This document shows positions 47,181 through 59,337 of a stretch of 64,000 nt of DNA, one piece after another. The stretch is taken from positions 1,665-65,664 of the forward strand of contig NIVC01002911.1 of NCBI GenBank assembly GCA_002269645.1, in the 5' to 3' direction. Position 1 is the stretch's first letter; every line of letters starts with the position of its first letter. The notes beneath the pieces are model-generated. The model saw only the letters and a list, made by a program, of their open reading frames with translations, had not been told where the DNA came from and did not search any database. The DNA is from Macrostomum lignano (taxonomy: Eukaryota). Made by a program: the position numbers and the translations under genes.

Positions 47181-50100
47181 ATGCCTATCGAGTCGCAAAG
47201 CAGTCATACAACTGCAGAATCCGAACCGCCTTTGATTCGGAAACTTAAAAAAGTTTTAGACACTCGCCTTGAAAATGATCTTGTAAGTGATATAGGCCTA
47301 TTCGTGGTCAAGTGGTGTTAACTGTTGTGTTGTTCATGTAGACCATAGTTCGGAAGGCGACATGTATGTCGGGATTTCCTGGCATACAACAAGGATCTTA
47401 CCATTTTTAGTGTGTATATGAGGTTATTTCCCAGCATACATGACAGCAGATATACTGTGTCAAATGATAGTTTCTGTATTGGTGCACAAACCTGGCATAC
47501 AACTGAGCTGAGGTCTCATCATTTTTTGGCATTTTTGGAGTTATGGAATACAGGCCATGCCACCATAGGCCCTAGTCAAAAAGTTGGCACAGTTATAGTG
47601 ATTTTGAATTGAAGTAATTTTAATTTTGAATTTTTAAAACTATTCATCAAAAATCATTTTTGAAATGTTGATTATGTTTTAACAATTACCCATTCATGAC
47701 CATGTTACACAAGAATGCACACTGAATTATTGTCTATTTGACCTATATAAAACAGGAACTGGTAGAAAGCCTCAAAGCTGTATCAGAATTTTTCACCGAG
47801 AACAACATTCGTTCTAGACGAAGTCTTCGATCAGATATGGAAAGTCGTTATGTTGTCATCTATGAAGAATTTCTGCACTCATTTAAATCTGTCAAGGATG
47901 TAAGGCATTGACTGATTTATTGGTATTTATGCAGACTTTAGAGAAGCTTTTAGACTCTGGTGTAGTAATGGCCCATGGGTTAAAATCATAGACCTCACCT
48001 GACCCTGGGATTTGACTCATTGACCTACTTACCTGACCCTGAGATTTGACTCATTGACCTACTTACCTGACCCTGGGATTTGACTCATTGACCTACTTAC
48101 CTGACCCAGAGATTTGACTCACTGACCTACTTACCTGACCCTGGGATTTGACTCATTCACCTACTTACCTGACCCAGAGATTGATTCATTGACCTACTTA
48201 CCTGACCCTTGGATTTGACTCATTGCCCTACTTACCTGACCCAGAGATTTGACTGATTGAACTACTTACCCGACCCTGGGATTTGACTGATTGACCTACT
48301 TACTTACCTGACCCTTGGATTTGACTTATTAACCTACTTACCTGACTCTGGGATTTGACTCGTTGACCTACTTACGAGGGGCACTATTAAAGTTCTGAGC
48401 CTTAATATGAAAGAGAGGAGATATGGGCAAAGTGAGATCAGCTTTTCTCAACATAGTCTCCCCCAACCAAGATGCACTTATGGCATCTTGATCGCAGCGC
48501 CTCAATGCCACTCTGGAAGAATTGCACCGAGCAGCCCTCAAACCAAGCAGTTGCAGCATCCTTCAGCGCATCATCAGTGTCAAATCGCTGTCCACGGAGC
48601 GCCCGCTTGAGATGTGGAAACAGGTGGAAGTCGCTCGGGGCCAGGTCTGGTGAATAGGCTGGGTGCGGCAGCTCTCGAAACCCTGCGACACTGACAGCAG
48701 CCTTGGCAATCCTGCTAGTGTGGGCCGGTGCATTGTCGTGCAGCAGCACAACACCTCGGCTCAGCATCCCTCGCCTATTTTCCTTGATTGCTTCGCGCAG
48801 ACGGGCGATCAGGTCAGCGTAGTAGGCGCCTGTGACTGTCTGCTTGTGCGGTAGAAAGTCCAGCAGCAGCGGGCCCTTGGCATCCCAGAAGACGGTGAGC
48901 ATAATCTTGCCCGCACTGCATGCAGTCCGTGCCTTCAGTGGTGCAGGTGAACCAACTGGCAGCCACTGCTTGGACTCCTGCTTGGACTCGGGATCGTGGT
49001 GATGGATCCACGTCTCATCCCCGGTCACGCAGCAGGACAGAAAGTTGGCAGGGTCCGGATCGTAGGAGTCCAGGACAAGCTTTGAGTACTGCACCCGTGC
49101 GGTCTTTTGGTCCCTTGTCAAGATTCGTGGGATCCATCTGGCAGAAACCTTGGACAGATGAAGATGCTGGTGCAGGATCTCAATGACTTGCGGGTCAGAG
49201 AGTCCAGTGTCTGCCGCAAGTTCCCTGACTTTCACCCGCTGGTCACTGTCAACCAGAGCCTGGATGCGCTGGATGTTGTCGGCAGTGACAGCAGTCCGGG
49301 GTCGTCCACATCGGGGGTCATCTTCGAGCGAGTCGCGGCCACGCTTGAACTCGGCTGCCCAGCGCTTTATGGTGGCGTATGAGGGGGCAGCGTCAGCGTA
49401 CACACTAGCCATGCGGCTTTGAATTTCAGCAGGCTTTGAGCCCTCCAGAGTCAGAAATTTAATCACTGCCCTGTGCTCAAGCTTCAATTCTTGAGAAAAT
49501 GCCATGGGGTGCTGGAAATAAAATGGTGCAGTGGGACTTAGGGAATGCAGAAAATTCTGAAAAGTTGACAATAGACTATTAACATGTGGCGCTTTTAGAG
49601 CCTAAAGTTTCAACACTTTGCCACTATAAGATCTTGGTCAGGCTCAGAACTTTAATAGTGCCCCTCGTACTTGACCCTAGGATTCGACTCGCTTACCTAC
49701 CTTCCTGACCCTTGGATTTGACTCATTGACCTACTTACCTGACCCTGAAATTTGACTCATTGACCTACTTACCTGACCCTGAAATTTGACTCATTGACCT
49801 ACTTACCTGACCCTGGGATTTGACTCATTGACCTACTTACCTGACCCTGGGATTTGACTCATTGACCTACTTACCTGACCCGGAGATTTGACTCATTGAC
49901 CTACTTACCTGACCCTGGGATTTGACTCATTGACCTACTTACCTGACCCTGGGATTTGACTCATTGACCTACTTACCTGACCCGGAGATTTGACTCATTG
50001 ACCTACTTACCTGACACTGGGATTTGACTCATTGACCTACTTACCTGACCCAGAGATTTGACTCATTGACCTACTTACCCGACCCTGGGATTTGACTCAT

Positions 50101-53100
50101 TGACCTACTTACTTACCTGACCCTTGGATTTGACTGATTGACCTACTTACTTACCTGACCCTTGGATTTGACTCATTAACCTACTTACCTGACTCTGGGA
50201 TTTGACTCATTGACCTACTTACTTACCTGACCCTTGGATTTGACTGATTGACCTACTTACTTACCTGACCCTTGGATTTGACTCATTAACCTACTTACCT
50301 GACTCTGGGATTTGACTCGTTGACCTACTTACTTGACCCTAGGATTCGACTCGTTTACCTACCTTCCTGACCCTTGGATTTGACTCATTGACCTACTTAC
50401 CTGACCCTGAAATTTGACTCATTGACCTACTTACCTGACCCTGGGATTTGACTCATTGACCTACTTACCTGACACTGGGATTTGACTCATTGCCTTACTT
50501 ATCCAGACTAGGTTGGACTCTGAGCTTCGAACTCAGAAATTTGACCTCTTGACCTACTAACTCTATATATCCTGCTTGTTGACCCACTAACTCAAGGGTT
50601 AGAATTATTGACCCATTGGGATTTCATGGGATTGGCGCGTGAAATTCACACAACCAAACCCAATGTGCTCAGGACCTGGAGGAGCTGTACGATGCAGTGT
50701 CGGCAATGAACTCCAGCTGCAAAGACATGAGCGTCCGCCTTCAAGAAGCGAAATCTCAAACTGAGCACCTGCTAAGAGAAACGAGTCGAATTCAACGAGA
50801 AAGCGAAGAATATGAGATTAGATCAAGAGTAGCCGAAGTTGTATTAGAATTGTTTCAGCTCACTCCGGAACAGGTAATTTTTTACGCGTTTTTATTTTAG
50901 ACTACTGTTAGTAGGTTAAAAGCGGTTCTCCTTTATTTTATTGATTGAAAAAATCATTTAGGAGCAGCAACTGACGGACAAGGCGTCTCCTGTAACTGAA
51001 GATTTCTTCAAAGCTTTAGAACGCTCCAAACAGATTCACTCAGATTGCAAACTGCTACTCATGGCGCAGAATCAGAGAGCCGGGTTAGAAGTGATGGAGC
51101 AGATGTCTGTATTGATGGAGTGCGGCTGCGAAAAGCTCTATCGTTGGATACAGAACGAATGCCGAATGCAGGCGGGCGAAAGCGCCGAGGTCACCGCTCT
51201 GATGACTCAAGCCTTTCAGGTATTAGAGGATTAAAGTGGAAGGGATTAGAGAGGGAGAGGATTAAAGTGGAAGGGGATTAGAGCGGGAGAGGATTAAAGT
51301 GGAAGGGATTAGAAAGGGAGAGGATTAAAGTGGAAGGGGATTAGAGGAGAGGATTAAATATGAAGGGGGATTAGAGGAGACGATTAAATATGAAGGAGGA
51401 TTAGACACGGAGAGGATTAAAGAGGAAGGGGATTCAGAGAAGTAAAGGATTAAAGAGGAAGGGGATTAAAGAGGGAGGGGATTAAACTTGAGGGGAATTA
51501 GAGGAGGAGAGGATTAGAGAGATGGGGTGAGGTGACATCAGGGAGATTAAAGATCATTAGTTGGGGAGACAGTTTCTATAATACAAGCTATATGGTGTAA
51601 AATAGAAGCCGAATGCCAGTAAAAATCCCCATATTAACTACCACGGCCCGATTATTTACCTATCAGGTACTGCAAGATCGCCCAGTGCTATTCAAATACG
51701 CCCTGGACGAGTACGCCAATGCCAGGCGGGCCGCTCTCGTCAAAGCTTTCATTGAGGCGCTCACGCGTGGTGGCAGCGGCGGCGGGGGACCCCGACCGAT
51801 GGAGCTGCATTCGCACGATCCGCAGCGCTACGTTGGCGACATGCTGGCCTGGCTGCATCAGGCCACGGCCTCGGAGACTGAGAGTCTGGACTCGCTGCTC
51901 AAACTGTGCGATGACGATGCCGAGGCTGATGGGAACGAGGCTGCCGTTGCTATTGGAAACGAGGCTAAGGAGGAGGACGGCGAAGCAGAGGCTGGAGCTG
52001 CTAATGGCACTGACAAGTGAGCTTTGTGTGGAGAGCAGACAGACACACAGACAGGCAGGCAGATACTAAGGCAGACAGACACACAGACAGGCAGGCAGAT
52101 ACTAAGGCAGACAGACACACAGACAGGCAGGCAGATACTAAGGCAGACAGACACACAGACAGGCAGGCAGATACTAAGGCAGACAGACACACAGACAGGC
52201 AGGCAGATACTAAGGCAGACAGACACACAGACAGGCAGGCAGATACTAAGGCAGACAGACACACAGACAGGCAGGCAGATACTAAGGCAGACAGACACAC
52301 AGACAGGCAGGCAGATACTAAGGCAGACAGACACACAGACAGGCAGGCAGATACTAAGGCAGACAGACACACAGACAGGCAGGCAGATACTAAGGCAGAC
52401 AGACACACAGACAGGCAGGCAGATACTAAGGCAGACAGACACACAGACAGGCAGGCAGATACTAAGGCAGACAGACACACAGACAGGCAGGCAGATACTA
52501 AGGCAGACAGACACACAGACAGGCAGGCAGATACTAAGGCAGACAGACACACAGACAGGCAGGCAGATACTAAGGCAGACAGACACACAGACAGGCAGGC
52601 AGATACTAAGGCAGACAGACACACAGACAGGCAGGCAGATACTAAGGCAGACAGACACACAGACAGGCAGGCAGATACTAAGGCAGACAGACACACAGAC
52701 AGGCAGGCAGATACTAAGGCAGACAGACACACAGACAGGCAGGCAGATACTAAGGCAGACAGACACACAGACAGGCAGGCAGACAGGCAGACAGACACAC
52801 AGACAGGCAGGCAGATACTAAGGCAGACACACAGACAGGCAGACAGGCAGGCAGACACACAGACAGGCAGACAGGCAGGCAGACACAGACAGACAGAAGC
52901 TAAGGCACAGTACACTTAGACAGCCAGGCAGACAGACACACAGACAGGCAGGCAGATACTAAGGCAGACAGACACACAGACAGGCAGACAGACAGACAGA
53001 CAAACAGAGACACAGGCAGATGACAGACAGACAGACACACAGGCAGACACAGACACACAGAAGCTAAGGCACAGTACACTTAAACAGCCAGGCAGACAGA

Positions 53101-55608
53101 CAGACAGGAGACTGATAGACAAACAAAGAATTTAGCAATTAGCAATTATGCATCAACGCCCACCAACCGCAGCTCAACCGATATCGCCAGTAGTCGTTCA
53201 AGTCGGCGTCAGTTGCGAGCCGCCTGCCTCTGCAGTCTGAGCGAAGGCGTCTGTCGGCCGTTACGACTGCGCGTTGAACAAGTGAGCGTATGCAAGGGAC
53301 ATACTTGTATATAATATTCTCTTAGTTCTTTTACCCATTTGTCAATAATATCTGCGCCTATCCACCATCCCGCACACCTGCCCAGGCTCTAGTTGGAGTC
53401 CAGGACGCAAGCGTGCTCTACCGGCTACACAATTTGCTGAGATTTCATCAGGGCACACTAGACCGAGTGCTTGGCTCCGACAGCTCTCTGGCTACTACAG
53501 TTGGCGATCTGGGCCAACTATGCTGGCGCCTATTCTTTGGCGCGCTAACCAATGGCGCTCAACGGGCGCTAGAAACAGTGGAACCATTGGCTGCTTATGC
53601 TAGCGGAACTGCGGCTGGAGCTGGCGCCGGTATCGACGACTGGGACAGGCTGCGCGCTCCGCCGGCCGTGGCCGAGACCCTGCGACTGCTGCAGCAGGTT
53701 GGCATATATTTTGATGAGGGACTGGATATTGTTGGAGGGATGGGATCCTTTTAGGAGGGATGGGATCCTTTTAAGAGGGATGGGATATTTTTAGGAGGGA
53801 TGGGATCTTTTTAGGAGGGATGGGATCCTTTTAGGAGGGATGGGATCCTTTTATGAGGGATGGGATCCTTTTAGGAGGGATGGAATCCTTTTAAGAGGGA
53901 TGGGATCTTTTTAGGAGGGATGGGATCTTTTTAGGAGGGATGGGATCTCTTTAGGAGGGATGGGATCCTTTTAAGAGGGATGGGATCTTTTTAGGAGGGA
54001 TAAGATCTTTTTAACAGAGATTGCATCTTCTTAGGAAAGATGGATCGTCTAAGGAGAGATAGGATCTTCTTAAGGGAGATGGGATCTTCTTAGGAGATAT
54101 GGGAGCTTTTAGGATATTGTTGGGGAGAAATGGGATATTGTTGGGGAGAGATGGGATATTGTTGGGGAGAAATGGGATATTGTTAGGGAGAGATGGGATA
54201 TTGTTGGGGAGAGAGAGATGGGATATTGTTGGGGAGAAATAGTCATTTTAGCGAGATGGGGTTTTGTGGAGAGATAGGATCTTTTAGGAAAAATGGGATC
54301 TTTTTTGGATATAAGGGATCTTTCTAGGAGAGATGGATCTCTTTAGGAATTGGGATCTCTAGGAGAAATAAGATCTTTTTATGAGAGATTCTTCTGAATA
54401 GATAAGATCATTAAAGAAGGTACAGGTATCTAAATGAAAAGATAGAATGAGCCAAGATAACTGATTTCACCCCTCCTGTACTCATCAAGGTTCTGACAGC
54501 CCAGGACTCCGGCATGGCGCCTCTGTCGCAGCGTCGTGACGATCTCCGTCAAGTACTGGACACCTGCATCGACCCGTTGCTGAAGCTGTGCACAGTGACA
54601 GCCACCCGTCTGAGCCCGTTGGAGCTGGCCATCTTCATGGCAAACTCCCTGCACAGCCTGCAGACTGGCTTAGCCGCCTACGAATTCACTGAGACTCATA
54701 TTGAACGCCTGCAGGCTCAGCTGGAGCCTCAGCTGGACGCTCTGGTTGCTGAGCAGTTGTCTCATATTTTGGTTAGCCTGCGCATGCTGGAACTTTATCA
54801 GACTGTGAGTTTGGCTTTCAGGAAGCTTTGGGGAAGAGCGGAGAGTAGGTTCAAGAATATTGCAAGGCAGATTCAAGGATCAGAGAGGCAGATTCAAGGA
54901 TCAGAGAGGCAGATTCAAGGATCAGAGAGGCAGATTCAAGGATCAGAGAGGCAGATTCAAGGATCAGAGAGGCAGATTCAAGGATCAGAGAGCCAGATTC
55001 AAGGATCAGAGAGCCAGATTCAAGGATCAGAGAGGCAGATTCAAGGATCAGAGAGCCAGATTCAAGGATCAGAGAGGTAGATTCAAGGATCAGAGAGGCA
55101 GATTCAAGGATCAGAGGCAGATTCAAGGATCAGAGAGGCAGATTCAAGGATCAGAGAGGCAGATTCAGAGATCCGAGAGGCAGATTCAAGGATCAGAGAG
55201 GCAAATTCAAGGACACTAAAAGCAGATTCAGATTCAGTGCTCAAGCCAGCATACCTGTGAGCAATAATAACACTACAACACCCACAGGTGGAGCAGCACC
55301 AGCAGCAGCAGCCGCAGCAGCCCCTATCCTACCTGGAAGCGCCCTGTCTCAGCCTGTCGGCAGTGAAAGCAGCCGCTGCCCGATTCAATTCCTATTTGGC
55401 GAATCCCGACAGTCTGGCGCTGCCTCAGCTGCAGGCGCTGCAGAGCTCCAAGCTCAGGCAGCTGGTTACTAGGCGAGTAGCGGACCAAATCCATTCGGTT
55501 TACACTGCTATATACGACGCCATTGTTAAACCCGAGAATCTGTTTGGCAAAGAGTTTGCCACCGTGCTAGTGCGGAATCCCGATCAGGTGGCCAAGCTGA
55601 TTCTGTGA
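47181..55608 (+). CDS. COG6: Conserved oligomeric Golgi complex subunit 6, 9 exons, ~703 aa
   Basis: Exons 47181-47282, 47756-47899, 50673-50873, 50962-51219, 51667-52016, 53173-53281, 53386-53697, 54490-54804, 55288-55608. All introns are GT-AG with consistent phases. Motifs: [84 protein letters not shown]. Confidence 0.95.
48375..49667 (-). mobile_element. Intact full-length mariner (DD34D), 1293 bp
   Basis: 28-bp perfect TIRs (CGAGGGGCACTATTAAAGTTCTGAGCCT) and TA TSD at 48373-48374 and 49668-49669. Confidence 0.97.
48438..49505 (-). CDS. Mariner transposase, uninterrupted, ~355 aa
   Basis: HTH region, WIPRILT, GDETW, HDNA and YSPDLAPSD with D34D spacing. First ATG at 49505. Confidence 0.95.
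   Translation of the reverse strand: MAFSQELKLEHRAVIKFLTLEGSKPAEIQSRMASVYADAAPSYATIKRWAAEFKRGRDSLEDDPRCGRPRTAVTADNIQRIQALVDSDQRVKVRELAADTGLSDPQVIEILHQHLHLSKVSARWIPRILTRDQKTARVQYSKLVLDSYDPDPANFLSCCVTGDETWIHHHDPESKQESKQWLPVGSPAPLKARTACSAGKIMLTVFWDAKGPLLLDFLPHKQTVTGAYYADLIARLREAIKENRRGMLSRGVVLLHDNAPAHTSRIAKAAVSVAGFRELPHPAYSPDLAPSDFHLFPHLKRALRGQRFDTDDALKDAATAWFEGCSVQFFQSGIEALRSRCHKCILVGGDYVEKS
51222..51530. repeat. GA-rich ~28-bp repeat, COG6 intron 4
   Basis: GAGGATTAAAGTGGAAGGGATTAGA variants. Confidence 0.85.
52030..53110. repeat. 36-bp minisatellite, COG6 intron 5
   Basis: GGCAGGCAGATACTAAGGCAGACAGACACACAGACA, ~20 identical copies, then degenerate. Confidence 0.96.
53720..54410. repeat. 20-bp minisatellite (GGATGGGATCCTTTTAGGAG), COG6 intron 7
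   Basis: Tandem repeat decaying toward the 3' end. Confidence 0.9.
54865..55210. repeat. 21-bp minisatellite (CAGATTCAAGGATCAGAGAGG), COG6 intron 8
   Basis: About 16 copies. Confidence 0.95.
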
Positions 55609-55724
55609 CGCTCGTGTGTTCAGAATTGGTTTTTTGCTGCTTTTGGAGTCTTTTTATTTGTTTTGTTTGATATTAAAACTGACTTGACCAGTTTGTTTTT
55701 CTTCCCTTCTTCCTTCCGCTTCCC

Positions 55725-56490
55725 CTGCTGCCTCCCAGTCTCCTCTTCTCCCTCTGCCCCCTTCCCTCCCTCTGCCCCCTTCCCTCCCTTTCTCCCCTTC
55801 TCCCTCTGCCCCCTTCCCTCCCTCTCTCCCCTTCTCCCTCTGCCCCCTTCCCTCCCTCTCTCCCTTCTCCCTCTCTCCCTTCTCCCTCTCTCCCCTTCGC
55901 CCTCCCTCCCCTTCTCCCTCCCTCCCCTTCTCCCTCTCTCCCCTTCTCCCTCTCTCCCCTTCTCCCTCTCTCCCCTTCTCACTCTCCCCTCTCCCCCCTT
56001 CTCCCTCTCTCCCCTTCTCCCTCTCCCCCCTTCTCCCTCTCTCCCTTCTCCCTCTCTCCCCTTCTCCCTCTCTCCCCTTCTCCCTCTCCCTCTCCCCCTT
56101 CTCCCTCTCTCCCTTCTCCCTCTCTCCCCTTCTCCCTCTCTCCCTTCTCCCTCTCTCCCCTTCTCCCTCTCTCCCCTTCTCCCTCTCTCCTCATCTCCCT
56201 CTCTCCCCTTCTCCCTCATTCCCTCTTCTCCCTCTCTCCCCTTCTCCCTCTCTCCCCTTCTCCCTCTCTCCCCTTCTCCCTCTCTCCCCTTCTCCCTCTC
56301 TCCCCTTCTCCCTCTCTCCCCTTCTCGCTCTCTCCCCTTCTCCCTCTCTCCCTTCTCCCTCTCTCCCCTTCTCCCTCTCTCCTCATCTCCCTCTCTCCCC
56401 TTCTCCCTCTCTTCTCATCTCCCTCTCTCCCCTTCTCCCTCTCTCCCCTTCTCCCTCTCTCCTCATCTCCCTCTCTCCCCTTCTCCCTCA
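55725..56490. repeat. Polypyrimidine (CT-rich) low-complexity tract 3' of COG6
   Basis: TTCTCCCTCTCTCCCC variants. Confidence 0.95.
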
Positions 56491-56934
56491 TTCTGCCCTC
56501 TTTATCTCTATTTACTTACTTACTTGGTTAAATTCATATAGTTAATAGTGATAATAATAATATTGTCCTATAGTTATAATAAAATTTCCAACCGCATTCA
56601 AGGTTTTATACTGCTTGTTTTGTTTGTTATTCTGGCTAATCGGTCTACAGATTGACTATAATTTACTTGGGATCGGCTCGTCCTATATGGTGTTTGTTAG
56701 TTTTGTAAAATAATTGTACTATCAGTCATAAAATTTGCTAATATTGCAAGCTGTCAATGAGTACCGTGATTTCTGTCTGACTGTTTAATCTGTTAAAGTT
56801 CTCTGCTCAGCACAAGTGCCACTTGACACATTTTTTCAAATAAATGTTCTTGAAGTCTTTTGAACCTGTCTTTTGTTTTGAACCCTAATTTCCATTTTTT
56901 GAAGATAAATAGCTAAGTTTTTTGGCAGACACCC

Positions 56935-58175
56935 TCCTAGTTCCTCAACTGCTGGGCCAGCCTCCCAGAGTGTCAGTTGCTGGGCCAGGGCCAGCCTCCC
57001 AGAGTGTCAGTTGCTGGGCCAGCCTCCCAGAGTGTCAGTTGCTGGGCCAGCCTCCCAGAGTGTCAGTTGCTGGGCCAGGGCCAGCCTCCCAGAGTGTCAG
57101 TTGCTGGGCCAGCCTCCCAGAGTGTCAGTTGCTGGGCCAGCCTCCCAGAGTGTCAGTTGCTGGGCCAGGGCCAGCCTCCCAGAGTGTCAGTTGCTGGGCC
57201 AGGGCCAGCCTCCCAGAGTGTCAGTTGCTGGGCCAGGGCCAGCCTCCCAGAGTGTCAGTTGCTGGGCCAGCCTCCCAGAGTGTCAGTTGCTGGGCCAGCC
57301 TCCCAGAGTGTCAGTTGCTGGGCCAGCCTCCCAGAGTGTCAGTTGCTGGGCCAGCCTCCCAGAGTGTCAGTTGCTGGGCCAGCCTCCCAGAGAGTCAGTT
57401 GCTGGGCCAGCCTCCCAGAGTGTCAGTTGCTGGGCCAGCCTCCCAGAGTGTCAGTTGCTGGGCCAGCCTCCCAGAGTGTCAGTTGCTGGGCCAGCCTCCC
57501 AGAGTGTCAGTTGCTGGGCCAGCCTCCCAGAGTGTCAGTTGCTGGGCCAGCCTCCCAGAGTGTCAGTTGCTGGGCCAGCCTCCCAGAGTGTCAGTTGCTG
57601 GGCCAGCCTCCCAGAGTGTCAGTTGCTGGGCCAGCCTCCCAGATCCTCAGTTGCTAGGCCAGCCTCCCAGAACATCAGTTGCTGGGCCAGCCTCCCAGAA
57701 CATCAGTTGCTAGGCCAGCCTCCCAGATCCTCAGTTGCTGGGCCAGCCTCCCAGATCCTCAGTTGCTGGGCTAGCCTCCCAGATCCTCAGTTGCTGGGCC
57801 AGCCTCCCAGATCCTCAGTTGCTGGGCCAGCCTCCCAGATCCTCAGTTGCTGGGCCAGCCTCCCAGATCATCAGTTGCTGGGCCAGTCTCCCAGAGTGTC
57901 AGTTGCTGGGCCAGCCTCCCAGATCCTCAGTTGCTGGGCCAGCCTCCCAGACTGTCAGTTACTGGGCCAGCCTCCCAGAGTGTCAGTTGCTGGGCCAGCC
58001 TCCCAGATCCTCAGTTGCTGGGCCAGTCTCCCAGATCTTCAGTTGCTGGGCCAGCCTCCCAGAGTGTCAGTTGTAGGGCCAGCCTCCCAGATCCTCAGTT
58101 GCTAGGCCAGCCTCCCAGAACATCAGTTGCTGGGCCAGCCTCCCAGAACATCAGTTGCTGGGCCATCCTCCCAGA
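56935..58175. repeat. 28-bp minisatellite (GGGCCAGCCTCCCAGAGTGTCAGTTGCT) upstream of MOB4
   Basis: About 44 copies; reverse complement of the 25740 and 38365 family. Confidence 0.96.
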
Positions 58176-58273
58176 TCCCCAGTCACTTCCCACCCGAATC
58201 GTCATCAACCCATTCACTCATAGCTGCAATCGCCAAATTCACACCAACCCGCTGCCAACAGTCGTAGGCAGCG

Positions 58274-59056
58274 ATGGCATCGGCCGCTTTAGCCTCATCC
58301 CCACCAGATGGCTCAGCCGCAGATCCCCAGAAGATCATCCGCAGAAATCTGCCCGGCACCAGCCGAGCAAAATGGAGCAATTGGCCAGACCAGAGCTTCG
58401 ACGAGATGGACTCCACCCTGACTGTGCAGCAGTACATTCAACAGCTGACTAAAGCCGATCCGTCTAATGTTGATCTGATTCTGAACCCTCCCGAAGGTCA
58501 GGACATCAACGTGTGGAAATACGAACACCTCAGACAGTTCTGTATGGAGTTGAACGGCCTGGCTGTCCGGCTGCAAGCCGAATGCCGACCGGACGTGTGC
58601 AGTCAGATGACGGCCACTGAGCAGTGGATCTTCCTGTGCGCCGCCCATCGCACGCCGATGGAGTGCTCGGCCATAGACTATACCAGACACACCCTTGACG
58701 GGGCGGCCTGCCTACTCAATAGTAGTAAATATTTCCCTAGCCGGGTCAGCATTAAGGAGGCCAGTATTGGCAAACTGGCCAGCATCTGTCGCAGGGTCTA
58801 TCGTGTGTTTTCGCACGCCTATTTTCATCACCGAGGCGTATTTGACGCATTCGAAGAGGAGACCTACTTGTGCAGACGATTTACCGTGTTTGTGATGAAA
58901 TACCAGCTGATGACTAAGGAGATTCTTATTGTACCGGTGTTAGAGGAATTGGGCCTTGGCAACGAATCCACTGTTGGCGATTCAACTGTCAGCGCCTCTA
59001 GCGGGTCTCCAGCTAGCAAAGGCGAATCAAGTTCTGCTAGTGAAACGGAAGCTTAA
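58274..59056 (+). CDS. MOB4: MOB family member 4 / phocein (STRIPAK component), intronless, 260 aa
   Basis: [99 protein letters not shown]. Confidence 0.97.
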   Translation: MASAALASSPPDGSAADPQKIIRRNLPGTSRAKWSNWPDQSFDEMDSTLTVQQYIQQLTKADPSNVDLILNPPEGQDINVWKYEHLRQFCMELNGLAVRLQAECRPDVCSQMTATEQWIFLCAAHRTPMECSAIDYTRHTLDGAACLLNSSKYFPSRVSIKEASIGKLASICRRVYRVFSHAYFHHRGVFDAFEEETYLCRRFTVFVMKYQLMTKEILIVPVLEELGLGNESTVGDSTVSASSGSPASKGESSSASETEA

Positions 59057-59294
59057 TCCGTTATAATCGTTGTTTTTTATATAACTTACTTTTTGATACT
59101 TGTAGTAAAGTCAGTAGCTGATTAGGTCAATGTTTAATGACGTCAAATTTTTTATTTATTTATTTAATAAGCATCAATTTTGTCAGTTCAAGTTATAAAA
59201 AGTGACTGTCTTAGTCTGTGTTAAACATCGCCTACAATTAGAGATTTTAGTTGGTTTTTTCCGAGGTATTTCCGGAGTTGAGGAAGAAACAGAA

Positions 59295-59337
<43 letters not shown>

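Larger units (their letters stand above)
47990..50500. repeat. 34-bp minisatellite (TGACCTACTTACCTGACCCTGGGATTTGACTCAT) in COG6 intron 2, interrupted by a mariner
   Basis: Arrays at 47990-48374 and 49668-50500. Confidence 0.95.

Noticed and set aside
51858-52919. ~300-aa repetitive ORFs in four frames
   Set aside because: Stop-free 36-bp intronic minisatellite of COG6; the true splice donor is at 52017.
55620-56541. Arg/Glu/Gly-rich and Pro/Leu/Ser-rich ORFs
   Set aside because: Low-complexity CT tract.
56922-58105. Long repetitive ORFs (SVAGPASQSVSCWASLPECQLLGQPPR)
   Set aside because: 28-bp tandem repeat read in rotating frames; the same peptide appears at 25638-26310.
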